Assembly: GCA_965285935.1 (NCBI GenBank) | Contig: OZ260661.1 | Location: forward strand, 94,922,001-94,986,000 | Source: Ophelia neglecta | Lineage: Eukaryota | Length of the DNA stretch: 64,000 nucleotides | Direction of reading: 5' to 3' | In this document: positions 41,301 through 53,400 of the stretch, in pieces | Numbering within the stretch: position 1 is the stretch's first letter | Layout of the letters: each line of letters starts with the position of its first letter | Program-made: the position numbers and the translations under genes | Notes under the pieces: generated by a model | Databases searched by the model: none | What the model saw: the letters and a program-made list of their open reading frames with translations, nothing else | Told to the model about the DNA's origin: nothing

Positions 41301-44300
41301 TAACGCAATGTACTGTCCGGCCCAAATAAAACGGTATTATTTCCTACACTAATTGAGAAGTCCCAGCGAATATAAACCAGATCGCTTAAAAGTTTGAAAT
41401 TAAAGGTGCGAATACTCGCTTCTAAGAAAGCCTAGCCGCAGTTAGGCCTAAATGTAACCGTCTCTGCAGATCGTTCAAAAGTGTGAAAGGTGCGAATACT
41501 CACTTCTAAGAAAGCCTAGCCACAGTTAAATGTAATCGTCTCTGCAGATCGCTCACCAGCGTTAAAGGTGTGATTTTAAATTAATTAGGGGTATTGATGA
41601 AAAAGAAGTCAATCCTTTGAATCATTTCTTTGATTATCAGTTAGTACACAACTTTAGTCCTTATAAGCCAGGCCAATCGTCTGTTGAATCACTCTTCCCT
41701 TCGAGTTCCAACCGTTCACATCACCCTCTCTTACCAAGTTACCGATAATGGCGAAGCGAATGGAGAGCTACTTCACGAAAGTAGCGACACCAGAGGAAGC
41801 TATTCCCAGATGCTGGTTGAAGGATCCACTCCCCCCTGCACCTAAGAAGCGTGCCGTTGGAAGACCGAAGTCAACGAAGCCCATCCCAAATGACGTTCAT
41901 ACATGTCTACGCCATACTCGACATTATCCAGAGCCTACACATAATTATATAATTTATTTGTAAACGGATTGTATTATATGTTGTACACTTCATTACTTCA
42001 AAAATAAAATGTATTGTATATATATAAGTTGTAGTGTTTTATCTTATACAAACTAGAACTTTGGCTTAATCAATATTGCCTATACGCCTATATATTATGA
42101 CCTAGACCATATCTAAAATACTATGCTGATTATACGAGTAATAGATAGGCTACTTGGTAGCCTGCTGAATTTAAAAAAAATATACTGTATATCTCGTAGC
42201 GCATTTAAACCTCGAGAGCCCCACCAAACAGGCACGTTATTCAAACGGCACGGGAAAGCTCAGTGCATGCGTCCTCAGTTAGGCAACACGGTACTATTGG
42301 CCGACCGCCAGTAATATATTCAACATGGACGAGAATCCTCTCGCCACGCGACTAGCTGTACACGGTCACACGGCTTCACTTCCCAGCTTTATAGTTTGCT
42401 GGTGATGGCAGTTTGCATGAAATAATGGAAGTATAGAAACAAAAGTAAACAACATTGCTTTTATAGTTCTGATTGGCGTTTATGTGGCCAAAAGAAAGGC
42501 CGCTTCAAGTAGGCTATGGCTATCGTGATCCAACCTGTCAGCCGCCGTTACCCGGGCTTCGCCTTTATTAAAATGGGTACCGGTATGCTGACCACGGAGA
42601 ATGAATTGTACACTCTTGCATCACTAAAAGCCTACTATGAAAAAAGTTTGTCAATGAGGTGATAAGCAACGTACGCATATGGATACTTTATTTTGCCTGC
42701 CACCGCCAATGCACCGCCGACATGGCTCTGTCATAACGAACCACCCGAAAAATAGCTACGTAAACGTTCTAGGTAACAAATTTTTGATACGAACATACGC
42801 TTGAAAATTATGAGAATGGCGTAGTCGAATAATTGGAGGGGTTTCAGAAATTATTCGGCTCAGGGGTCGTCGAATTATAAGAGGGATTTCAGAAATTATT
42901 GTTTTCAAAATTAGAGGTAGTCGTATAATTAGATATGAAATTAGCCGACGTAAAAAAAGAGGAAATACGGTAGGTAATGTTAGGCACACACGCCTGTCCT
43001 ATTCACTATGTATTACATAGGCCTACATTATATGGTTAACAAAGTGAAGTGGAGCCATAGCCATTATGACTGTAGTCACACAATTTACAACTGAAAAAAG
43101 TGAAGTGGTGTGTCTGAATTTTGACAAATCATTCAGTCTGTGGTAACTGGTATAGCAACTCACAAATGTTACCATAATTTCACCTAATATGCTGTCAATT
43201 GTGTGACCACAGTATATTATGGCGAGGAAGCCATTTTCTGGGTATCACTCATATTTAATTTGGTTGCAATCCTTCTAATAATATTAAAAATCTGCTCTGG
43301 AAATGAAGTATGAGGAACAAAAATGAAAAATTATCCACAGTTCTGCAGCAAAAGTGGGCCAAAGTACAGTTACCATACCCCAAAAGAGGAACATAGTGGC
43401 CCTGGGGATAATTCATGGGTTATGGTTAAAATCCACTCAGAAGTTTAGAAAGCTTTAGAAGTAGGGCTGCATACCATTTGATTTTAAACGATCTGTTACC
43501 GAGACTTCTGAAACAATACCGATAGCAAAATGATACTGTTACTATTTTAAGATCTTTTTGGCTTCAAAAGCCAGTGTTTCATGGAAATGTACAAGATGTA
43601 CTTGGGCTAAAATAAAATATACTGAATACAAGGGCAAATTTTGTAAATCTTAAACTTCCAACCAATACATACCCTAATTTTAACCCTTTGGCATTGCAAT
43701 AGTCAGTTCAATGTGATACCGGTACCTCAATATGGATATGATACCAGTAGTACCAGCCACCTGTATTCAGCCCTATTTAGGAGATATGCTACAGAAAGAA
43801 ATGTGGACAGATGTGCTGATACCATTACTTTGTGCCACACTTGTGTGGCCTGGTTAAAAACAAACAATTTACTGCAGAAAAGTTTAAGGAGACTTGACTC
43901 ATGAATTTAAAGCACCTACATATTAGGATTGCCACCACACACCTTTAACTGCATTGTGTATGGGTATGACTTATTGTGTCAACAGCAGTACTTGACAGAC
44001 TGCTACTAAAATTAAAAGAATGTGTACTTGAAAACAATTATATAGGTGACTCACTTAAACAAGATTGCCTTGAAGGCCAAATACGCTTGTTAACTTTAAA
44101 CCTTTTAAGAAAACTGCATATATTTTTAGCACACCCAACCTTCCATAAATAATTTGAAGGTTTATCTGTTTATTTGTCCAATTGATATGTACATGTTGTA
44201 CACAGACTAACATAGGATTAAACTGAACTCATATTTGGTATGAGGAAGGAAAATGAAGAATAAAGAAGAGTAAATAGTTTATTATTAGTCCAGTATGCAG

Positions 44301-46463
44301 CAAATAACATACAACCAAACACTAGGTTTGTAATACTGTATATGCTAAACATAATTTACATATATGATAGGCGCTAGCATTGATGGATCAAGACTGGATG
44401 TGCCAGTTTGCAGACATAAAAGTAACAGCTGATGAATTCAATCCACTTTACTGAGAAGAAAAAACATTCAAATTTGTTTCTATTGCGTGCATCAGACACA
44501 AAACCTGAATAGACCATGTGGTGCAAGAGCTCGGTTAATTGAGCAAGCACACAAAAACACACGTCACAGATTTAACAACACTTGCAGTGCCAAAGACCTA
44601 TAAAAGCAGATCTGGGGTTTGATGTTCATACTATATATGTGTTTATTCATTTTATATTACCAGACTGTTCAGCTAAAGGCTTGGAACTGGCAGTTCATGG
44701 GGCAGTAAAATTATTACTTGACTCAGTTGGTGATCTTAGTTTTACGTTGTATACAACACAAATTGCTCATACAGCAAACATAAATTTGTGTTTGTTGATA
44801 TTGGCGAAGGTTGCTTTCGGTTGCCATCTCTTGAAAATGGAATGGATAAACATCTGAAAGGGATCATTATTAACAGTTTTTTGGGGTTTTTTAATGCTTT
44901 ATGCGGGCCTCATATCAAGCCCAGCTGTCAACTCATGACACTTGATATTCAGAGTACAAGCCTCACGGTACACCCCACCCTGATTAAATTCTCTATGCTG
45001 GTTTCGATACTATAGGCCTATCACATGTGTGTCATTAAACACCCAAAATTAAAATCCTTCTATATATATTGTTTGAGAAATTTTCACAAGGGGTTTACAC
45101 CAGAGATTGATAATAGTAATGACAGCTGTAGGCAGAGGTGACAACCTTTTGTAAGTGCTCTAGCTGTGACACATCTCACACATCTCTATTTGTTGAGCAG
45201 CCTATACCACAGGAGGTTACATCACACTGTTGAAGGGCAGACAAGTCTGTAGCCCTGGCTACTGTATGTAAACAGCTTTAATAATTGGGCAGACAGGAAG
45301 TGTTGGGGGATGTAACAGTTGACATGAATAATTATTGTTTGCTTTATGCATAAAGTATAAAGACATCTAGGAGATCTGGTGACATTTAATGTGGCTTATA
45401 ATGGTAAAGTCAAAACTACCTAATTTTCCTCTTTTAAGCATAAAACATTGCTGCTGGTCAAGAAGGGTGGTTGATGTCCACATACCAGAGGGGGGGGGGG
45501 AGTCAGGGTGTAAGGAAGCCTGTTAGTGGGGGGTGGGGTGGGGGTGGAGGGGTGAACACAAGGCCTACCCTGACATCATATTATCTAACCCTCTATTTAC
45601 CAGAGGGGGGCCCATTTGGTACCCCATAATCATATCTGCAGTGTGTTTATAAAAGAAACAATTTGTACACAAATGTCATGCATTTTTATTGAACATGTTT
45701 TTTTTTTAATAAGGACAGTGTACAGGAATTCCACTTGCCTTGTTCAGCCATTCAGCCCTCTCTACATCCGGGAAGTAAACCTGAAGATAATAAGTTTAAA
45801 GCATGCAAATCATCTAAAAACTTCAAATTATAATTTATTTTACTTAGAATGTCTAGTAGCAATAACAAATGCAACAGCAATAATAATTCATTGTTTAATG
45901 GTAGTCTGTTTAATAGAAATAGATTAAAGGACAATTAAGCAGCATTTGTCACAGTGTAAAAGCATATTATCTTAGCCAATAAAGTGTATATGTACAAGCT
46001 AGTACGTGATCAACATGAATCATGACCAGGGTAAGAAAAACATACCCCCCCCTGCAAATAGCAATATTTATTATTGAATAGTAATTAAAGAAAAAGGAAT
46101 ATGAATATCCAATTATTATTATGAATTAATAATTATACTTACCCAAGCAGGTAGTTCATCAACTCTAGCCAATATTGCTTCTTTTTCATTCCGAACTGCC
46201 TCCTTAGCATATGCAATTTTTGCATCTTTTATTTTGCGATATTCTTCATTTGTAACATGAAAGAACAATCCAACTATGACCCACACTGAACTGAATCCAA
46301 AATAGCCAATGATCCACACTAAAAGTAGTAGCCCAGCTGTTTGGAAATACTTTTTTAGCAGTGGCAGAAGCTGAACACCTTGATTCTGGGTTTCTCTGTG
46401 TTGGCTGGGGGCAACAACAAATGGACCTCTGGCTGTGGGTGATGGAGGAACCTCATCCTCCAT
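23321..46463 (-). CDS. ESYT2: Extended synaptotagmin (TM hairpin, SMP, three C2 domains), ESYT2-like; 19 core coding exons, about 804 aa
   Basis: Exons: 46463-46143, 45780-45739, 38937-38800, 37623-37547, 37256-37190, 37072-36983, 36884-36829, 36680-36560, 35856-35757, 35157-35004, 34538-34490, 34357-34268, 30916-30815, 26465-26304, 26140-25988, 25768-25413, 24664-24530, 23854-23699, 23366-23321 (TAA). Diagnostic peptides: ELPAW-VYFPDVERAEWLNK, QMWPYIG, PPRVGGVKVYTEN, GKSDPYVKV, DQDPGDDDELG, GRLQLTLRH, ADPYVRIYLLPE, TEWYDL. Confidence 0.93.
29315..29320 (-). CDS. Candidate 6-nt microexon of ESYT (CATCAG, His-Gln) within C2B
   Basis: GCTAAC branch point, TTTTCATACATTTCTATAG acceptor, 6 nt, then CAG|GTAAGT donor. 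Frame-preserving. Confidence 0.5.
30603..30773. mobile_element. TA-flanked MITE (Tc1/mariner-pogo type)
   Basis: TA|CAGTGGTCCCTGCAATATAGGGCC ... GGCCCTACATCGCAGGGACCACTG|TA, about 24-bp inverted termini. Internal AGGTGGCCCTTCATC occurs twice. Confidence 0.85.
32545..32592 (-). CDS. Candidate 48-nt cassette exon of ESYT (EERLRKARISTDFNIG) in the C2A-C2B linker
   Basis: TTCTGCATTCATTTGCTCCTCACTATAG|48 nt, stop-free|GTAAGT. It is phase 0-0 inside a phase-0 intron. Confidence 0.6.
40651..42970. mobile_element. 2.3-kb non-autonomous DNA transposon, Tc1/mariner superfamily with Tc2/pogo-like CCGTA termini
   Basis: Perfect 32-bp TIR CCGTATTTCCTCTTTTTTTACGTCGGCTAATT and a TA duplication (40649-50, 42971-72). 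Subterminal GTCGAAT(A/T)ATAAGAGGG-type repeats occur at both ends. The interior is CpG-rich with no transposase-length ORF. Confidence 0.9.
41402..41570 (+). repeat. Tandem duplication (about 80-bp unit, two copies) inside the Tc2-like element
   Basis: AAAGGTGCGAATACTC(G/A)CTTCTAAGAAAGCCTAGCC(G/A)CAGTTA..AATGTAA(C/T)CGTCTCTGCAGATCG is repeated. Confidence 0.85.
43462..43775. mobile_element. hAT-type MITE
   Basis: TIR TAGGGCTG(C/A)ATAC and an 8-bp target duplication TTTAGAAG / TTTAGGAG (7/8). GATAC/ATACC motifs repeat subterminally. Confidence 0.8.
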
Positions 46464-47493
46464 GTTAGCAAAAGTTTGGAAGCCAAGGTTCAACGAAATC
46501 AGGAATACCTCACACAGGTGCCTACGCCTCTCGACCCTTACCGCTATGCATATGTTTCAACCCTACACGCCTCAATGGAAATCCAGGTGCATAGCGATAG
46601 ACGATGTTCTGTTTGCTACCTATCAAAAAGCTTGTGTTGACGATTGTAGCTGTAGCCTTGTATCTTGTGTACATGTATTTATAAACCGATTGGACGAACC
46701 CAAACAGCAGAGGGGTCACAACAGAAACATCTCATTTGTAAACATCACTGAAATTGATCAATATAACAACACGTTAAATCCAAAATACACTTGCTATAAA
46801 AAATTTAACCTATATTAATATCTAGCTTTCGGCAAATTGTCGATAAACTATTACCCCACTGAACAAATATACCACACCTGCTAGTGCACCATTTACCGGT
46901 TTACCCTGTCATCCCTTAGCTCTCGCAATGGTTCAGCGCACCTGCGCATGTGGATATTAGATCTTTAAACTGATATTTTATCAGCATTTGTTCATATTTG
47001 AGGCTGACATAACTATCATTGCAATCTTTCATGCACAGTTCATGTGCAGCTTTATAACCATGTTATTCCTAAGCGTACTGACTTGTTTTCATCTTTTCCA
47101 GCCGGTGAATATTTAAGGAGTTCACGAAGCATATTGAGTGTTCAGCTTTCACAAATAGGTCCATTTTAGGGGACAAATTTTACAAAAAGAAAATGGAAAT
47201 AACATGCTCTATATATTTAAATGTTATATTGTTTTGAACAATGGAAATATGTTTTATACATGTATGATCACCAAACCAAGACACGTTTGTAATTATGCAG
47301 ACTGAAAAATTCCTTAGGTGAATGAGAATGTTGTTTTCAGTGGTAAACTATTGCGCATGCTCATTGGGTCACATACCTGAATGGTGGATTTCTGCAACTG
47401 AGCTTAGAAAGTAAACCATTTTAGCAACATTTATGCAATTAAAACTTCTCCTAATGCAGCTTTGCCTTAGGTGACGATTTTTCTAAAAGCATA
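46464..47493. promoter_or_regulatory. Probable bidirectional promoter between ESYT and WDR60, with NRF1-like motifs
   Basis: Divergent ATGs at 46463 and 47494. TGCGCATGCTCA at 47352-47363 is 11/12 to TGCGCATGCGCA, and GCGCACCTGCGCATG lies at 46936-46950. Confidence 0.6.
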
Positions 47494-50400
47494 ATGCCAT
47501 CAGGAAAGGTAAGATATATTATTATCCGTAGCGAGATCATATATCGAGACTGACAAGTGTACTTTAATCGCGTTGCCACTGTAAACATGCTATCTGACAA
47601 TGTACCTCTTACTTGGTGTTAGCTACTCGGTAATGGGAAAGGCACTGGCAGAAAGTCTGAATCTCATAGAGGGGGATTTTCCGTGTATATGAGGTAAAAT
47701 TGAAGTTTTGCTTTGATAGCACACGCGAATAACCTCGATCCCCACTGCAATGTATACTTAAGTGAAAAATACAGCCACATTGGGTAGAAAATGCCCCCCC
47801 CCCCTAAAAAAAACAAAAACAACAACATTAGGCTTGAGTTAAAAATACAATTTAGGCTCTCGTCGGAACGTTCCTCTATAGGTGATTCGGGTGGATGGTT
47901 TTAATATTAGTTTGGCTTTGTTTTTAATTCAAGAAAAATATTTTTTTACATAAAAAAGGGAGACATTTCGTTTTTCATGTAATTCAGAACATTCCATTAA
48001 AACTCATAGACTGCATTGACAGTTGTAACATTAACCTGCTGCAAGGTCCAGTGGAAGTAGCCATCATGCTTATTAACAACTCATAGTTTCAGTGGTGATC
48101 ATTGAATTTTGGTGGCGACCACTCACCAGTTTCAAACCAGTCGGTGCCAAACTACTATTTGGATCTCACCATTTGAGCATGTGCATTCAGTATGACAAAA
48201 TGGCTTCCTGCATGGCTTGGGATACAATATTCTCTCCTGAAGATGAAACTGATATTGCCGCTGTTAACCCCATTGACTTGATTTGTATTTTTTACTGTAT
48301 GTATCACATTTTGGAGAGTTCTAATCAGAGATCCTAGTTGCAAAAAGTATTAACTTAGAGAATGTACTCCTATAAAAGAGACAATTTGGCAGCTATGATT
48401 TTAGGCATAGAGCCACCTTAGAGAACTATGTGGTTCTCAACAATTATCACTCTTTCTCAGCCATTTTAATTGGTAGCAGGATTAACCACTGAATAAACAA
48501 GGGCAAGTGGACTTGTTAAGTTGTCTGACTGATTGGCAATGTGTGCTTGTAATGGAGGGGCACTAATGGCTCTCATTACTGTTTATACAAAAACTAATTA
48601 GTAATCATTGGCTAGTCAACTGGTGATTTACCTTATTGTGAAAATCCTAATAGTCATAAAGAGTGAATATATTGTACAAATCAAAATGAATATGTTATAG
48701 ATGTACATGAGTGGGTGTTAATGTAATAATTCTGAACTTAAAACTGTTGCCGTGGTTTCTGCTTTCTGTAAAATTCATTCACAGTTAGTTTCAGTCCAGT
48801 AAAGCGACTCATATCAATCCACCTTGGTGAAGTGAACACCTCTATTAACTGAACACTTGCTGGTCCCAAGAGTGTTCCGTTAACCAAAGTTTTACAGTAC
48901 ATGAAATTTATAAAGTGAACCAGCATCGTGAGGCACCACTGTTAAGATCATTAAGAACTAATGGTCGTTATACCTCGTACAAAGACCTATTTAGAAACAT
49001 GATTAGAGAGGTAACTATGGTTAGAAGGTTCAGTGTTATGGACAATTGAGAAAAGTTTGATGAGTCTAGACACTGAGAGGCAGTAAATGGAACCAATCCT
49101 ATTCCCTTGCTACATGTAAGTAGTAAGTGTGAATGCTGGAATAATGTCCAATTTCATGTTCATTTTACTGAAATAGGAACATAATTCGCTCAGGAAAAAT
49201 CAAAACTAATAATTGAATTATATTTCCCTGTAGGCCTATTCCTAGATGCACAAATAAATAAAATTCAACTGGACCTACATCTCAGGGTCAAGTCATGTTA
49301 ATGCTTACTAATATTCCTGGCTCTGTTTATGAATCTGAACTAATGAATCTGAAGTAAACTATGTATTGACCAGAACAGATACATATACATAAATTTTGAC
49401 ATTTTCACATATATGATAGATTTTTTTTCATTTTCTAACAGTCAGACAGACATATCACCCATCTTTTGTTTTTGATGGAGGCATGCATTTCAAAATTCAT
49501 TGTTTTATTATTATTCATTTCAGTACAAAATCGAGTATTTCATAATTCCATAAGTTTTCTTCTCAAATATTCCGTACCTTCAGAGCAAAGAAGATACGTG
49601 GAAATCTGGTGATTTGGAGAAACAGATTAGGGTAAGATTAGCTTGCCCCTTCAGACTTTGTCTCAAAGTTAATTTAAGGCTTTAATTGTTGTCTTTGTTT
49701 CTATGATACTGTTGTTTTATCTCATCAGGATCTCAAAGTATGGCTCCCTGCAATAATGAAATTTATTCTGTTCATCTTTTTGATGAACAAAATGAAAACA
49801 GCTGTACAGGTTGTTTCATTGCCCGTACACTCGTGTGTCATTTTAGCCCAAGAATTAAAAGCAATATTGCAAAGTTTGTTGATTTGATTGTATTATCATA
49901 ATACAATAATTAATAAAAGGTTAAAATAATAACTGTTTAAATTTAAAGCATGGTAGAGTGCCAACAGAGGGAGTAAGGCATTGATAAAAAAATGTTGAAA
50001 ACTTGAATTTTAACATATTGGGACTGTGTTAAAATGTTCAACACCAACATAGAGTAAGAAACATAATGCATTAACACAATCAATTTGGTACATGCATTGA
50101 GTGTTAAGGCTTGTACCTGCATGAAATGTATACAAGTGTTCTTTTTTGAGATTAAAAGAAGCCAATACAGGGTTTTAAAACTCCTGTTGGACCTGGTGAA
50201 AGGGAAACACCAATATTAATTGCCCCAATTCATCTAGAAGTTTAGGGGATTCTTTTGAGCCTTATCTTTTGCCGTCTGCACCACCCATGCATGCAACCAA
50301 AAAATAGGTGTACCAGGGTAAGTGTAACTAAGCAATGCTTTTGCCTACGAAACAACAAAATATGTTGAGGCCTGGAAACTTTGCTAGAAGTAGTTTTTGG

Positions 50401-53400
50401 ACCCTGCTTCCTACACTTCTTAAATTTGAGGATAAAGCATGTGTACACACTTACGCAAAATACAAGCATTTCTTTTATTTAGAGGGATAAATCTGTTGAC
50501 CCCCTCCCTGCCCTGAATTTTATGTGTGTTCAGGCAACAAGTACCCAAGGGGCTTGTCCACTACTACCTACTATAGCTGAAGGTATTCATCTCCTCGGTG
50601 AACACAGGGTTAATGTCGCACCCATACACTGTAGCTTGTTGGGACCCAAATTAGGCCACTGATATCTTAATTTAGCCATGTTTCTTGGCTGCCTTAACAA
50701 CGTTTCCCAGTAAATACCTAACAATTGCAATTATTTTGACTCCAGAATCAGTTTTTATAATGTGTAATATTCAAATAGGAATGGACATTAAATTCTCCAT
50801 TTTTTCTTATTCAACAGATACCCTTTGACTTCTATTTAGGTCAAAAATAGGACATTTAATTCAGAATTTTGGGTGTTTCACTCAAGACCCCTCCTATCCC
50901 CCCACCCCTCCCTCAAATTCAGATTTATTTCTGAACCCATGTCCCAAGATTCTGCATTCTTTTTGCACACCCCTCTCCCTGAATTATAAATGGGTTACCC
51001 TGGGTTAAATGGAACAGCCCCAACCATTTTTTCTAAGTAAAATAATAGAAACCTGATTTTTTTCTTGTTCTTTGCATTTTAAGAGATTTGGAGTGTATTT
51101 GCATAAAATGTTCTCTATAAATCTTCTAGAATGCTTGTAAACATGTAGATAAATAAGGTGTATCAAATGAAATTATTTCACCCCCACCCTTGTATGTCAT
51201 TAATCAGTTGCACAAACATATTTACCATAACTTTCAATAGGTGGTGGCATATGTAATGTAATGATAATAAAAAGTAAATAAATAAATAAATAGAACCAAA
51301 ACAAAAATTTTGATTTACTATAAATGTATTAATGTAACTTTTGAAAAATTACCATTTTTTTTTTACTGTTTCTGAAACTTCAACATGGGTGCAGTCATGT
51401 AAAGAAATACAATTGATGGTCTTTGAAACCTGTAACAAGATAGACAACTGATTGTATATAAACTTCATTTTTCCATTTAAGGATGCTAAAGATGACAGGC
51501 GCAAAACACGTGACAAGGACAAAGAAAGAGAACGTGACCCCAAGAGAAAAGACAGACATAAAGAGGATGTGATTGATGATAAGAAACATAGAAGTAAACA
51601 AAGAGATGGTAATTTAAACCATTTGACATTATTTTAAAGTCTAGTAGACTGTTACAGCTTGTCTTACTTTTAATGAAATGGAAGATGGTCATTATATGAT
51701 TATTGTACCATGAGTATTATATGGAAAAATGTAATTAATATACTGATAGATTGCTTCGGATATTGAATGCACAATTGTGACATTGAATGTAAACACTGCA
51801 AAGTTAGGTTCTCGCATTAAAATTAATCTTTCAGATGACCGACATAAAGATAAAGACCGGGACAGAGATCGTGATAGGAGACACCGTGAAAGAGAAAATG
51901 GAGAATCAGACAAAAGGGAAAGACACAAGGAGAAGGATAGAGACAGGGATCGGGATCGCGACAGAGATAAAGACAAACGTCGCTCCAAAGAGGATGTATG
52001 TAAAGCTCTATATTGGTGGCTCTTTGTGTATGTTTCATGTAATGAGTTGAGTGATACCATCTTGTTGAGAGAAAAAAAGAGAATTTTTTCCAGAGAGAAT
52101 ATAGGTTCCATTCTTAGGACTAAATTTATTATTTAATACAGAAGTTCAGGTTAGATTATCATTCATGCCTCTGTTTGATTCAGAGACATATTAGTGGTGA
52201 CTTGAAATAATTGTATCATGAATTTCCACTACCACTATCAATATGTTGTATGGGAAAATATAATTTCTATCTACTTGTCAGTCAGAATGAGATGAGAAAC
52301 TGAAATTTTCAACCGGTCAAATTTATCTACTATAATAATTAGTTGTCTTATATTTGAATTTGAATTAAATTTGGTGGAGATAATACCTTTCTTCGCAAAT
52401 TTTACAATTAGAAAAGACTGACATATTCAGATTTCAGTTGTTATATTTATGACACTTATGTTATACATTGCTATGTGTTTAGTTGTTGGGAGAATATATT
52501 GATTTTTTTTCTTATGTCTTTTAGGATAGGAGAAAAGATGACAAAGAAAGAAGAAAGAAAAGAGATGAGGTAGGTTAAATGAAGAAGCTAGCAAGCAATT
52601 ATATTTTAGAGTGTACACCTTATTTATGCACTGTGAAATTCTTTAGAATGTTATGTATGAATACTATATCTATAGTTATGCTATATCTGTCTTTCATTTG
52701 CTTAGTTCTTTGGTTTTGATTCTTAGTAAACACACATGTGACACATACTTGTTTGCAGGACCCAGATGATAGAGAAAAGAGACATAGAAGACAAAAAGAG
52801 GTACATGTAGTTAGTATATAAAACCGCATATTCTCATTATATACATAAACCTGTCCTAATACACAATATTTCATTTTTTAGTGCACATTTGTCTTACGTG
52901 TGTAATATTAGAATTATGTAAGTCAAGTCACATTGCCTGAGCATGTATTCTGATAGGAAAATGATGAAGACAGAGAAAGGCGACATCGGCGACACAGAGA
53001 GGAACAAGTAAGTACCCTTCTGCATGTGATTATTTTGTGTTTCTTTTTTTATCCTTCTGCTATCAATTTTTAAATATTTGAGATTATTCCAGGCCCTGGG
53101 AAGTTGTGAAATGTTTGTAGTAGTAAATACCTGCTAAATGTACTACTTCAGTTTAAAATAGCAGACGTTAAACGTTCAACAGGTGCCAAAATGTCTAAAT
53201 ACTGATAATCCATGATTGCAAATACAGCATGCCCATTAAGTTCAGCTGTCGCTGTTTATTTATGAATACTTCCTCCACCCTATTAATAATAGAGAATAAT
53301 CAAACGTGATTTTGATTAATCTTGTAATGTTTTATTTTGGCATACTTGTCCCTTCGTTGATCATGGTGCTAATAGACTGCTTTACCAAAAACAAATTCTG

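Larger units (their letters stand above)
40238..43860 (+). mobile_element. Old tandem-repeat-bearing non-autonomous element (Helentron/HINE- or pearl-like) hosting the two nested transposons
   Basis: Starts AACAAGGGCCC. Homologous units lie on both sides of the insert (GGTCAAAGTACAATTACCCCAAAAGG at 40461 vs GGCCAAAGTACAGTTACCATACCCCAAAAGAGG at 43357; TCTGCTCCGGAAACAAAGTA vs TCTGCTCTGGAAATGAAGTA). It ends with hairpin GCCACAC-TT-GTGTGGC then TTAAAAA. Family assignment is inference. Confidence 0.5.
38938..45738 (-). other. GC-AG intron (ESYT intron 2, about 6.8 kb)
   Basis: The conserved exon VYFPDVERAEWLNK ends AAG|GCAAGT, a consensus donor with GC in place of GT. The next exon (ALKQMWP) starts in phase 0. 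Confidence 0.85.

Noticed and set aside
51349-52136. Overlapping - strand ORFs rich in Ser/Leu
   Set aside because: Reverse-complement artefacts of purine-rich WDR60 exons.
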